A stretch of DNA of 64,000 nucleotides from Sedimentisphaerales bacterium (GCA_963663805.2 CAXXMR010000020.1:224001-288000), one strand, 5' to 3'. Positions 31,835 through 42,308 are shown, numbered from the stretch's first letter. The notes: a model not told the origin generated them from the letters alone. Program-made: numbers and translations.

Positions 31835-34342
31835 TCAGTTTGCCAGTTGTAAATCCTCAATTTTCAAGATTTCGTTTTTCTTAATATCGCGGGCGGCTTT
31901 ATTTCCGATGACGGTGCCAATCTCATCAGCCGGTATTCCCGTTCCCGGCCTTTTGATTTTGAGCAGGTTTCGTTCGATAGTTGTGCCGGCTTTGATGTCT
32001 GTCGCCGCGACTACCGAGCCTCGTACAACCTTTCGTACCGCCCATTCTTCGGGCAGGATTTTCTTTTCGCCGCTGCCGCAAGCGGTATCAGCCATCCGCG
32101 TCAGACGAACATATTCCGCCAACTCGCCCGGTTCGAGGCTGGCCCGATGGTCAGGCCCAGTCATGTTCTTGTCCAGCGTGAAATGTTTTTCCAAAATCAC
32201 CGCACCGGCCGCTGCCGCTAGCGCCCCGGTAATTACTTCTTGCGTATGGTCAGAAAACCCCGACAGGCAACCGGTGGTCTTGGCAAGTTTGCGGATAACA
32301 TTAAGGTTGGCTTGTTCCAGCGGTGTGGGATACATGCTTACGCAATGCAATATTGCGATGTTTGAGGCCCCTGATTTTCGCAGGCGGTTTGTCGCTTGAA
32401 CAGCTTCGGTGGTTTCGGCCATGCCGGTCGATAGTATAACCGGCAGATGGGTATTGCCAATTGCGGTTAATAAATCCAGGTCGTTGAGATTGCCCGAACC
32501 GATTTTGAAGCTGTTTACGCCTAAATCGAGGAGTTTTTTTACCCATTCCACGGAAAAGGGTGTAGCCAGAAAATCGATGCCGACCTGGGTACACTTTTCT
32601 TTTATTTTGCCCAGTTCGTCGGCGTTCAGTTCCAGTTTTTTGAGCATATCATACTGATTTTCTTCAGCGGCATCCTGTTTTTGATACTCCGCCTTGGGTG
32701 CGTCTGGCGTAGTAAGCTCCTCGGCACTGAAAGCCTGAAACTTCACACAATCGGCCCCGGCCCGATGGGCCTGCTCCACCATTTCCAGTGCAGTTGCAAC
32801 ATCACCGTTATGATTAACCCCGGCCTCCGCGATTATATAAGGCCGCCGCGCACCGCCGACCCAACCCGGCAGTTCAACCAATTCCCGCTCCGCCGCTTCA
32901 CCCTTTTTGCCCTCATTAAAACCATGCCGGGCCCGATGAGCCTGCATCGCCGGGTCCGCCATCTGAAGTTTACCCTTCCAGAAAAGCTCTTCGCCGTACA
33001 ATTCACGTTCTTCTGCCTCTGCTTCTGCCGTCGTCGGCCCGTGATAATTCTCCGCCGCCGATGCCAGCGCCTCGGCACGCAGCCGAAAAAGCTCCTCGTC
33101 GCTCATATCGGTAAGATTCACCGCCAGGTCAACCGCGTCCCCCATTTTAAGGACCAATTCTTCTTCGTCAGCGAACTTGTCTTTGACCTCGTCATAAAGT
33201 GCCGTCCCCGGATACGGACAGGTAAACATCAAAGCCGACAACGGTATATCCATCTCCTGGCAAAACGTCACCGTTTCCGCCACTGTTTCAGGTGTCTCAC
33301 CCGGATAGCCTATCATAAAACTGACCGGACAGCGCATCTTAGCTGCCCGCGTATTGCGAATCGCTTCCCGCGTCTGGTCCAGAGAAACCGCCTTACCCAT
33401 CGCGTTCAGAATCTTCTGCGACCCGCTTTCCACGCCATAGCTTACCGAAATACACCCGCTGGCCCTCATCCGCTTGAGCATGTCGGCGTCACAAACCGTC
33501 ACCCGGCCGGTACAGCTCCAGCGCATTCCCTGCAAAATTCGGCTGGCGTCGATAAGGTCGCAGATTTCGTAAACACGTTTTTTGTCGATGACGAAACAGT
33601 CATCCTGAAAGCTCACGAAATCAATATCGTAGACGCGTTTTAGCGCCTTCATCTCATCGACAACGTGGGCGGCACTGCGGGCGCGGTAGCGGCGACCGAA
33701 AAAATGATAGCAATAGCGGCAGCCGAACGGACAGCCGCGCGAACTGATAATATCAATATCTTTGCCTACGCCCACGACAGGGTTGGTCAGATATACATCC
33801 ATGGGAAATCTGTCCCAGGCTGGGTAAGGCAGTTCGTCGAGGTTAGCTATCAGTTCCCGCGGCGGGGTATAGTGTATTTCATTATCGCACAGATAGGCCA
33901 GGCCTTTGATAGGGCTTAAATCGCGGTTTGTTTTCAGGGCCGACAGCAGCTCAACTATGGTGCGTTCGCCTTCGCCCATTACGACCACGTCCGGTTTGAG
34001 CTTGCGTAAAGCGGTTTCGGCGATACTAACCGCCAGCGAACCGCCCATCACGATTTTAACACCCGGCAGCGTCTGGCGAATCCGGGGCATAATACTTTTA
34101 ACCCAGCCGTAAGTGGTAATCAGCCCGCCGATACCGATGACCGGGGCGTTATATTCCACGAGCTTTTCCAGCACCTCATTTTCGCTGAGACGCAGACCGT
34201 TGACATCTATCATCCCGACGCGAAAGCCCGCATTGCGCAGCACCGCGGCGAGAATACCAATGCCGGTCGGAAAATTCCGCGGCCTGTCCCACACGCGAAT
34301 AGGCGGAAACACCAGAACAATATCGTAACTTTTACCAGCCAT
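31835..34342 (-). CDS. Fusion: B12-binding radical SAM domain + nonulosonic acid synthase (NeuB-like) with SAF domain
   Basis: B12-binding fold (VVVMGEGE), SSRGCPFGCRYC, YGVESGSQ; then PYIIAEAGVNHNGD, KFQ, LHCVSMYP, GFSDHT, EKHFTLD, KRPGTGI. Confidence 0.92.
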   Translation of the reverse strand: MAGKSYDIVLVFPPIRVWDRPRNFPTGIGILAAVLRNAGFRVGMIDVNGLRLSENEVLEKLVEYNAPVIGIGGLITTYGWVKSIMPRIRQTLPGVKIVMGGSLAVSIAETALRKLKPDVVVMGEGERTIVELLSALKTNRDLSPIKGLAYLCDNEIHYTPPRELIANLDELPYPAWDRFPMDVYLTNPVVGVGKDIDIISSRGCPFGCRYCYHFFGRRYRARSAAHVVDEMKALKRVYDIDFVSFQDDCFVIDKKRVYEICDLIDASRILQGMRWSCTGRVTVCDADMLKRMRASGCISVSYGVESGSQKILNAMGKAVSLDQTREAIRNTRAAKMRCPVSFMIGYPGETPETVAETVTFCQEMDIPLSALMFTCPYPGTALYDEVKDKFADEEELVLKMGDAVDLAVNLTDMSDEELFRLRAEALASAAENYHGPTTAEAEAEERELYGEELFWKGKLQMADPAMQAHRARHGFNEGKKGEAAERELVELPGWVGGARRPYIIAEAGVNHNGDVATALEMVEQAHRAGADCVKFQAFSAEELTTPDAPKAEYQKQDAAEENQYDMLKKLELNADELGKIKEKCTQVGIDFLATPFSVEWVKKLLDLGVNSFKIGSGNLNDLDLLTAIGNTHLPVILSTGMAETTEAVQATNRLRKSGASNIAILHCVSMYPTPLEQANLNVIRKLAKTTGCLSGFSDHTQEVITGALAAAAGAVILEKHFTLDKNMTGPDHRASLEPGELAEYVRLTRMADTACGSGEKKILPEEWAVRKVVRGSVVAATDIKAGTTIERNLLKIKRPGTGIPADEIGTVIGNKAARDIKKNEILKIEDLQLAN

Positions 34343-34357
34343 CTTTTTAACCTTCGT

Positions 34358-35077
34358 TCAACTGTTAGCGGATTTGCGAATTTCCAATACGGCTTCTGCC
34401 ATACGAAAATCACGCGGGCTGTCAATATCAACCGTTTCTGATGCGTCCTGAATCAACCCCTGCCGTTTCTTCCCCCAGAATGCGTGAGGATTGCCCGCCC
34501 CTTTTGCCGCCATCAGGCATTCTGTACGTACCACGCCCACCGCGCCGTCGATAGCATACAAAGGCGGCAAATCCTGACGACGGAAAATCTCATTATCAAT
34601 GTATTTATTCATCTGACCATCCTCAATCTGATAAAGCCAGTAAGGATGATATTTTCCTACATCCGCCAGCGTCTGCACTGAGTCAGCCCCGCTGGCAAAC
34701 AGCATCTCGACCGCCCGGTCGATAACTCCCTCAGCCCGAACAGGCACATTAGCGTACAACAACGCCACTGCGTCAGGCCGATAGCTGTCCTTCTCCTCCA
34801 GTTCCCGCACGACCTGCCGCATAACATCATCTATCCGGGCTGAATCACTGCCCAGCTCCCCGGGCCGCTCCAGAAATTTCACTTGATAATCAGCGCTAAT
34901 CTGCCTGGCTTCATCCGCGTCACTGCTGACCACAATTTTATCCACCAGCCGCGCCGCCTGGGCCGCCAATATACTGTAAGCGATAACAGGTTTGCCGCTC
35001 AAATCACGAAAATTCTTGCCCGGCACCCCCCGACTACCCTTCCGCGCCGGTATTATCGCCAAAACCCGATTACTCAT
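34358..35077 (-). CDS. neuA: Acylneuraminate cytidylyltransferase (NeuA-like)
   Basis: AIIPARKGSRGVPGKN, RRQDLP, VDIDSPRDF. Confidence 0.9.
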   Translation of the reverse strand: MSNRVLAIIPARKGSRGVPGKNFRDLSGKPVIAYSILAAQAARLVDKIVVSSDADEARQISADYQVKFLERPGELGSDSARIDDVMRQVVRELEEKDSYRPDAVALLYANVPVRAEGVIDRAVEMLFASGADSVQTLADVGKYHPYWLYQIEDGQMNKYIDNEIFRRQDLPPLYAIDGAVGVVRTECLMAAKGAGNPHAFWGKKRQGLIQDASETVDIDSPRDFRMAEAVLEIRKSANS

Positions 35078-35085
35078 AAAACCAT

Positions 35086-35254
35086 CCTAAGCCAGATAAA
35101 CTGGAAGTCATAAACACTAAATCCTAAACAACAACAAAAATATTTAACCGCGGATTACACGGATTTCGCGGATTTTTAACGGCAACTAATTTAATTATGT
35201 GCACGCTGTTCCGGGAATATCGTTACCATTTTGCGCAAGATTTCATTTGTAAAA
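35086..35254 (-). repeat. Dispersed ~170-bp intergenic repeat, copy 2
   Basis: Inverted relative to copy 1; has an extra 9-bp unit (CGAAATCCG). Confidence 0.85.
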
Positions 35255-35278
35255 AACTAATATTCCCATACATCTATC

Positions 35279-36871
35279 CTACCTGTGCCATTCCTTACAA
35301 TTCGTACAATGTCCCTGTTCCGAAAATCTACCCGCAAGCTGCTCCCCACGCAACCGTTCAAGTTCAGAACATTTCCACAGCTCATCAATGCTCTGCTCAA
35401 ATACATTGCCCACCACGCAGCTGCCCTTATAATCCTGCCCGCATCTCACCACCGACCCATCACAAAGAATCGTCAGTTGACTAATCAACTTCCGGCAAAC
35501 GTACCGCTGGGGCGGACACATATTCATAACCGCGCGGTCACGCACCTGGCCGCAATAATCATTGAAGCCGATAAGCAAGGCCCCGCCGCTTTTTCTCAGC
35601 CAGTAATCGTAAAACTCCTCCATCCTGCCCATACTGCCTATCGTCTTGGTCAACCCCGCCACCAGCCGCGGTCCTGTGAAGCCTGCCAAATCCACAAAAT
35701 TTCGAGCGTTTTCTATTGCCCGCTCATCGTCGGCGTCCAGCCAGACCGTCACAACATCCACGCCGGCGGCAATTAAATTCTCTGCCATCCGCCCATCCAA
35801 CCTTAGCCCGTCAGACTCTATATTTACGCCGTAAATACCTCTCTGGTGGGCGATTTTCGCAAACTCAATAATTGATTCATGTGCCAGCGGTTCACCCATA
35901 CCGGCGATTGTCAGGCAAATATCATCGCACTTTTGCCCCATCTGTCCAACGATATGTTCAAACCGTTCTTTCGTTATCGCCGGCCGCTTTTCCGTCATTT
36001 CCGCGAACGGTGAACCTTCAACCCGCAAACTTGCGGCGGTGTTAATTTCCAACTCAATTTCGCGCGGCCAATCTTCGGTTTCACTCAACAGTTTTTCCAT
36101 TTGCTCAACCGCCGCCGCTGTATCCAGCTGCTCACCACCGTTGTCGATTACCTTCTCCAGTAAGCTAAAACAACGCTGCGTATCCGCAATATAACGCATT
36201 TGTGACTGACGAACCGCCGCTTCAACATTGAACACGCCGTCACTGCCCAGAAAATCCGCCTGCGGCATATCCGGTCGATACGCCAGCGAAGCGCCCGCCG
36301 TTGTATTACCCGCCACCATATCATAGAGCATATCTATCCGATACGCACAACCGACCAGACCCGGTGCCGCCGCCGAAAATGTAAACCGCAATTCCTCTAC
36401 ACATTTCTTATGATGACCAACCATTCCGCCGGTTAGTTCAATATCCAGCAGCACCGCTTCAGCCGCGACCCAGACAATCGAATAAGCATCCCGCCCCTGC
36501 AAATGCTCCACGATTTCCTTACTGAACATCTGCTCATCAAAATACATCGCTTCACCGATGCCGCCCCGCCAACTGTGCAATGACCATTTACGCCAGCGAA
36601 CCGCCGGACTAATGCCAAACTCATCCCTCAAGCCCACAACTTCCACTGCCAAACCCGCCAGTATATTAGATACTTTCCCCGCCTGCGCTATGGGTGCGAA
36701 AACGATAACCTCATCCAGTCCCTTAACCCGGCTAAATCGCTCTACGGTCCGCCTTAACACCGGTTTACCCGCTAAATCGTCCGCCTGCCGCGAACGCAGA
36801 CCCAACGTGCCGCGTTCAAGGTTGGCAATGATTATCCCCACGGTTTTACGTTTGTCTTCAGTCAACGGCAT
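35279..36871 (-). CDS. SpsF/cytidylyltransferase-like + degenerate radical SAM + SPASM protein (spiro-SPASM-like)
   Basis: DLAGKPVLRRTVER; ELEINTAASLRVEGSP where CxxxCxxC is expected; GMGEPL; SPASM cysteines C..LTILCDGSVVRCGQD...CTNCKEW. Confidence 0.75.
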   Translation of the reverse strand: MPLTEDKRKTVGIIIANLERGTLGLRSRQADDLAGKPVLRRTVERFSRVKGLDEVIVFAPIAQAGKVSNILAGLAVEVVGLRDEFGISPAVRWRKWSLHSWRGGIGEAMYFDEQMFSKEIVEHLQGRDAYSIVWVAAEAVLLDIELTGGMVGHHKKCVEELRFTFSAAAPGLVGCAYRIDMLYDMVAGNTTAGASLAYRPDMPQADFLGSDGVFNVEAAVRQSQMRYIADTQRCFSLLEKVIDNGGEQLDTAAAVEQMEKLLSETEDWPREIELEINTAASLRVEGSPFAEMTEKRPAITKERFEHIVGQMGQKCDDICLTIAGMGEPLAHESIIEFAKIAHQRGIYGVNIESDGLRLDGRMAENLIAAGVDVVTVWLDADDERAIENARNFVDLAGFTGPRLVAGLTKTIGSMGRMEEFYDYWLRKSGGALLIGFNDYCGQVRDRAVMNMCPPQRYVCRKLISQLTILCDGSVVRCGQDYKGSCVVGNVFEQSIDELWKCSELERLRGEQLAGRFSEQGHCTNCKEWHR

Positions 36872-38879
36872 CAAACCTTTCCAGACATTTTTCCAACAGT
36901 TCAATCAACCGGCTGCACCCCTTTTCCAGTTCGCCGACGTATTGAATATCACGCTGTAACTGACGGCGTTGTTTGGCCTTGCCTTCGATTCCCTCGGCGT
37001 CCAGAGTCCGGTCGGCACGGTAACGCATTAGTTGGGCCGCCTGAGAAACCTGCGAAACCAGTTTATAAATCTTCTCCCGGCGACGCACCATAGTTCGCAG
37101 TTCATCCAGCCGAACCATCCTGCGGTTAAGCTCGCCCTGACGGTCCACCAGCTCGGTCATTTCTCCCAGAATTTTCAGTGTCTCGGTGGTAATTTCGTGA
37201 AACTCGTTTATTTCCCCGATGCGTTTTTCAACCTGCTCACGAGCGCTGCTTTTCTGTCCCCCATCATATCGTACCATCTCTTTAGCGTTAAATATTTCTC
37301 TGCTGATTTCTTCTGTGCAGAACCGCGCCGCGACCGTATCGAAATCCATCACCTGCGTCCCGCGTTTATAAACCCCGCCCCCGGTCGCGTCGATAACCCG
37401 GACCGCACAAGCAGCGAAATCCTTCTCAAACTGCTGCAAGTACGTGAACATCTGTTCGTCTGTATAAATCTCCGTACCGTCAATACCGGGAACCTTGCGT
37501 AGGATTTCCCGATGACGCATAATCCGTTCCCATTCCTTCATCTCCAGAGTGCAGAAACGATTAAACTCAGGCCGCCACACACTATGAATCGCGGTGCCCG
37601 GACTATAATAAACATTGTTGGTAAAACCCAAATCCTGCCCGATGAAAATAATCGGGTCCGCCCCAATATACTGAGCCAGATAAAACGCCAGATGAGCCAC
37701 CGTCGTGCCCGCCGGCAGATTAGCATGATGGTCGTTATCATCCAGTACCGTTTTAGCGAAATCATTACCCAGAATCAGCATCGGCCCCAACTCACGATAA
37801 CGGTCGATTACCTTCCAGCTCGCCTTGGGTTCGGCCACCAGGCATACATCACTGAGGTCATCTTCGATTCCCTCATAGAACCGCGTACCGATTTCGTGAT
37901 AGTCCAGCGTAGTAACAAAATCCGGTTTGATACCACATGCCAGCAGCGGCTTTAACGTTGTCTGCACAGCGATAATCACCACATTGTCACGTATCTCTTT
38001 CAGCTTCGCCAGGTTCTTCTTCAAAGAAGGCCCTGCCGAGACAATCACCGCCGGCTTATGCACAAAACGACGCAGCAGAATATCTATAGAACCCGCCGCC
38101 GCATAGTTAGGCAGATTGTGCAGGATATTGTCAACCGTCCGCAGAGAATTGCCCAGCAGCGTCATGGTGTGCATTCTTAAATACGCCGCGTATTCATTGA
38201 TAAGCTGATGAGTCTGATGCCGAAACTCAATGTCCGCACCAACCAAAGGCCGGGTAAACACCATACCCATCATCATCGTATTGCCGAACTTGCCCAGCCG
38301 ATTGAAAATCTCCTCCCGGTCAGGCGAGGTCAGAAATATCAACCTGCCGCTGTCCAGCATCTCCGAATAATCAATATATTCCAGCGCCGTGCGAATCAAA
38401 GCAATATCAGATTCGCAAACTGCGATAAACGTATCACCCAAAAGCCGCTTGAACAAAGCCTGAACGTGATAGCCCAGCCCAAACCCATCGACGATATAGC
38501 ACATGGCAACCTGACCGGTTTTTTTCGTCTGTTCGTCAGCCATATCCTCGACCCCGTCTGCCCATTTTTCAGCTTCCTTTGCCGGGTCGTATTTGCTGTG
38601 AGCGAAAACCGCTTCGCCTTTACTGCCGGTTATCTGGCAAGTGGGCCCGCCTTTGCGGGACGGGATAATATTCAGAAATTCAGATTCGTCAATCAGGTCA
38701 ATTTTCTGCCCCATCCGAGGCTGACGGGAATGCAGTGCGCGGATATTAGCGACGTAAGGTGTTTCAGGCTCAATAATTGTGGGCAGCTCAATCATAGGCT
38801 GGTTGTTTTCCTGCCACTGTCGTAATCGGCGTTTACTATCATCTTTTAGCGGCCCGGGCGCATACCGGGGCCATACCAC
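36858..38879 (-). CDS. Motility-associated factor (Maf/DUF115) glycosyltransferase
   Basis: HSKYDPAKEA, GFGLGYH, VIVSAGPSLKKN, GIKPDFV, IIFIGQDLGF. Start uncertain. Confidence 0.88.
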   Translation of the reverse strand: MVWPRYAPGPLKDDSKRRLRQWQENNQPMIELPTIIEPETPYVANIRALHSRQPRMGQKIDLIDESEFLNIIPSRKGGPTCQITGSKGEAVFAHSKYDPAKEAEKWADGVEDMADEQTKKTGQVAMCYIVDGFGLGYHVQALFKRLLGDTFIAVCESDIALIRTALEYIDYSEMLDSGRLIFLTSPDREEIFNRLGKFGNTMMMGMVFTRPLVGADIEFRHQTHQLINEYAAYLRMHTMTLLGNSLRTVDNILHNLPNYAAAGSIDILLRRFVHKPAVIVSAGPSLKKNLAKLKEIRDNVVIIAVQTTLKPLLACGIKPDFVTTLDYHEIGTRFYEGIEDDLSDVCLVAEPKASWKVIDRYRELGPMLILGNDFAKTVLDDNDHHANLPAGTTVAHLAFYLAQYIGADPIIFIGQDLGFTNNVYYSPGTAIHSVWRPEFNRFCTLEMKEWERIMRHREILRKVPGIDGTEIYTDEQMFTYLQQFEKDFAACAVRVIDATGGGVYKRGTQVMDFDTVAARFCTEEISREIFNAKEMVRYDGGQKSSAREQVEKRIGEINEFHEITTETLKILGEMTELVDRQGELNRRMVRLDELRTMVRRREKIYKLVSQVSQAAQLMRYRADRTLDAEGIEGKAKQRRQLQRDIQYVGELEKGCSRLIELLEKCLERFDAVD

Positions 38880-38942
38880 TTATATGGTTATCGGTCCTTA
38901 AGGGCCAGTATGATAAATATTTAAGTGGAAGCGATAGGTAAA

Positions 38943-40703
38943 CTAATCTATGTTTTGTCCCAGCAGGGCGGCAACTCTTTCCAGGTTGCCGATGGACTTG
39001 GAGATTTCCGGCAGTGAGTTGTCCCAGTTGTATTCGTACTCTATCGAAAGCATACCGGTGAAACCCTGCCGCTGGAGTTCAGCCAATACGTTGTACATGT
39101 CCAGTTTGCCGGTACCCCAGATTACATCGTGGACTTTATTGTTAGCGAACATATCGATGTCTTTGAAGTGCAGGTAGATGATGCGGCCCTGGAGTTTTTG
39201 CAGTGATTCCACGGGGTCAAACCCGGAGCGTATCCAGTGGCCCACGTCGGCGCAGCAGCCGATACGTTTTGATAAACTGCTGCAATGCTCGACGAAGGTG
39301 TCGGGGTTATTATAGCGGGAGGGGGCGGGATGGTTGTGGATGGCGACGCTGATGCCGTATTCGGTGGCGAGGCGGTCGACCATTTCGAGGGCCTCAAAGG
39401 GCGGCTCGGCAGCGATACTCTTTACGCTGAGCTTTTTAGCGAATTCAAAGGTTTGACGGCATTGGGCTTCATCTTCGGTGAGGCTGGTAACTCCAAAACT
39501 CATTACCGTCAGGCCGGCCTGGTTGAGTTTATCTATGACAAGCTGTAAATCTTCGGGACTCATGTCGGGAGAGATTTTTGTATCGCTGTCGGCCTTGATT
39601 ATTTGGCCGGGGTAGAGCTCGATGTATTTCAGGCCCAGGTTGGCGGTCTTGTCGATGGCTTCAAAAGCGGTGAACTTGCGGAATGTCCAGGCCTGAGTCG
39701 CCAGCTTCCAGGTGGAAGAGATGGCCAGGGGCGCGGCGTCCAGGTCTTCGGTCAGCCAGACATTACGATACTGCATAGGGTTGTTATGGTCCTGCAACTG
39801 GAAGGGGCCGCGCGCCTGATGAGGATTTTTGGGATTGATAGTGTGGTTCAGGATGGCCAGGTCGTTCTGAACGAGAATGCCGTTATGCACTACGGTGACA
39901 CGGGGCAGTTGCGTTACGGTTCCGTCGGCTTCGATGACGGGTGCCTTGAAGATGATGTCGTAGGTTTGCCATTGGTCGGGCGGGAAAGATGCGTTTACCC
40001 GCGGGGCGGAAAGTTTGTATATGCCGCCGCAATCGCCGGTACCGGGCAGGAAACCAAACGAGTCGAGTACCTGTACTTCATAGGCTTTATTGAAGAAAAC
40101 GCCGCTGTTGGCACGGTGCTGGAAGAATTCTGTGGGCTGAAGCGGAACCCGAAATTCCAGATGAAGACGGACATCGCCGAATTGTTGTTTGGTGCAGGGT
40201 GAGCCTTTGAGGATTTGGACACAGCCTTCTTCGGGGATGGTCTTCCAGACTTCATCCTGGTTGGGGTTTTCCCAGGCGGAGATGTCAGGACCCTTGCCGG
40301 GTTCGTAGGGTAGCAGAACAACAGCGCCTTTGGGCGGGGGCATGAGCATCGAGGGTGAAAGACGGACAGATTTTTTCAGCTCAGCGGTGATGCTGTAGTA
40401 ATTAGCGTCGAGTTTCAAATCGCCGTCGGTGAGACTGCCCGTCCAGTCGCGTCCCCAGCTTCGACCGAAAATATTGAGGCTGCTGCCTTCTTCCACGCCG
40501 TAAAGCTCCAGACCTACTCTGGTATTGACGTTGATGCGATAATAGCCGGGGCCTTCGGCGACGACCACGGCGTCAGCGGGGAAGCTGTCCGGTCCGATTT
40601 GTAAACTGCCGTGGTATTCGCCGATGAAATCATTGGCGGACACACACGAAACAGAGCTTAACACTAAAAGTACTGCCAGAGCGTAGAAACCTTGATTTGT
40701 CAT
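38943..40703 (-). CDS. Exported fusion: DUF1080 domain + sugar-phosphate isomerase/epimerase TIM barrel
   Basis: Signal peptide; LHLEFRVP, ANSGVF, YEVQVLDS, LQDHNNPMQYRNVW; then AIHNH, ADVGHW, HFKD, SIEYE. Confidence 0.88.
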   Translation of the reverse strand: MTNQGFYALAVLLVLSSVSCVSANDFIGEYHGSLQIGPDSFPADAVVVAEGPGYYRINVNTRVGLELYGVEEGSSLNIFGRSWGRDWTGSLTDGDLKLDANYYSITAELKKSVRLSPSMLMPPPKGAVVLLPYEPGKGPDISAWENPNQDEVWKTIPEEGCVQILKGSPCTKQQFGDVRLHLEFRVPLQPTEFFQHRANSGVFFNKAYEVQVLDSFGFLPGTGDCGGIYKLSAPRVNASFPPDQWQTYDIIFKAPVIEADGTVTQLPRVTVVHNGILVQNDLAILNHTINPKNPHQARGPFQLQDHNNPMQYRNVWLTEDLDAAPLAISSTWKLATQAWTFRKFTAFEAIDKTANLGLKYIELYPGQIIKADSDTKISPDMSPEDLQLVIDKLNQAGLTVMSFGVTSLTEDEAQCRQTFEFAKKLSVKSIAAEPPFEALEMVDRLATEYGISVAIHNHPAPSRYNNPDTFVEHCSSLSKRIGCCADVGHWIRSGFDPVESLQKLQGRIIYLHFKDIDMFANNKVHDVIWGTGKLDMYNVLAELQRQGFTGMLSIEYEYNWDNSLPEISKSIGNLERVAALLGQNID

Positions 40704-40739
40704 GTTGACCTCGATTACATTAATTTTGATTAAAGTCTG

Positions 40740-42084
40740 TTACAGTGACCAGCCCGGACGGTATTCGCGGTTGATGTATTTGTCGAGCTGAGGGGCGTTG
40801 GTGGCTTTGAGATTTTTACTGTCCCAGATAATCTCGTCGTCATGGCGCATAGCCAGTACGCCGAGCAGGACCATCTCGGTCAGCGGGCCGGAATACTCAA
40901 AGCTGGAACAGGGCTGTTGGCCCGATTTGATGGCGCGGGCCCATTCGATTTCATGGGGGCAGTCGACACGCGGCAGAGTTTTTTCGGGCAGCTTGTAGGC
41001 CTTCATAAGTTTTTCGGGGAAGATGCGGGGACTTGAACCGTAGCAGCCGCACATGAGATTACCAGTTTCGCCAACGAAAATTACGCCGTTGTCGGCCAGT
41101 TTACGACCGGTTTCAAGGTCGGCGGGACGTTCGGGTTTCAGGCCGCCTTCGTACCAGTGGAGCTTGACCGGGGGCATATCACCGCGGGCGGGAAAGTTAT
41201 AATGTATAATGGCACCGAAGGGAAACTGCTCTTTGGCATCAACCGTACCGCTGGCATTGACAGATTCTGGGGCGCCCAGATTTAAGGCCAGGAATACCGG
41301 GTCGAGAATATGGCAGCCCATATCGCCCAGGGCTCCGGTGCCGAAATCCCACCATGCTCGCCATTTTCCGTCAAGGTAGGTAGAATGGAAGGGACGCTCC
41401 GGGGCAGGCCCCAGCCATAAATCCCATTGGAGAGTTTCGGGGATGGGTTGAATTTCTTCGGGACGTTCGCCCTGATTGCCGTAGAACCATTTTCGCCAGC
41501 ATCTGTCGGTCCAGGCGTGAACTTCTCTTATTTTGCCAATAGCACCATCATGAATCCATTCAGTTGTAAGGCGGATACCCTCGGCGGAACGGCCCTGATT
41601 GCCCATTTGGGTGATGATGTTATGTTCACGGGCGTATTCGGTGAGGACGCGGGCTTCGCCCACGGTGTAGGTGAGGGGCTTCTGAGTATAAACGGACTTG
41701 CCGAGTTTCATGGCGTCCATGGTGATTGCCGCATGGGAGTGGTCCGGCGTAGCGATGACCACACCGTCGATTTTGTCGGCCATCTGCTCGAACATTCGGC
41801 GGTAGTCCTGAAATTTTTTGGCTTCGGGATATTTCTCTGCTTCTTTATCGAGCGTTATCTGGTTCACGTCGCACAGGGCCACAATATTGTGTTCCTTGGC
41901 TAAAGCTTTGAGATTACCCGCTCCCATATGCAGGCCTATGCCGGCGAAGTTGAGTTTTTTCGTTGGGCGAAGCGGAAAAGCCGCGAGCTTGGCCGGGCAG
42001 AACTCCCAGGGCCGCAGCGGTGGAGGCAGCTACCATGCTGTTTTTGAGAAAATCACGACGGGAGACAGTACAACGAGAATCCAT
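40740..42084 (-). CDS. Tat-exported Gfo/Idh/MocA oxidoreductase, one extra base near the 5' end
   Basis: MDSRCTVSRRDFLK from 42084 joins PNEKLNFAGIG...IATPDHSH...GDMGCH only if one base is removed from the T6 run at 41955-41960. Confidence 0.88.
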
Positions 42085-42308
42085 GCAAAAACCTCGCTTT
42101 CGTTAGCAGGGGGACTGAATATTTGCCAATACCTGGTGTCAAAATCACGCAGACCTCCATTATCCTGTCGGAGTCGGGATAGTCAAGCCAAAATATATAA
42201 TACCTTGATATTCACAGTTGTCAAAAAAGACTGGATATGGTATCGATTAAGCCTTGAAATATAATTTAACTTTTACAAAACTCCAAATATAACTTGCGGA
42301 GATTAATA

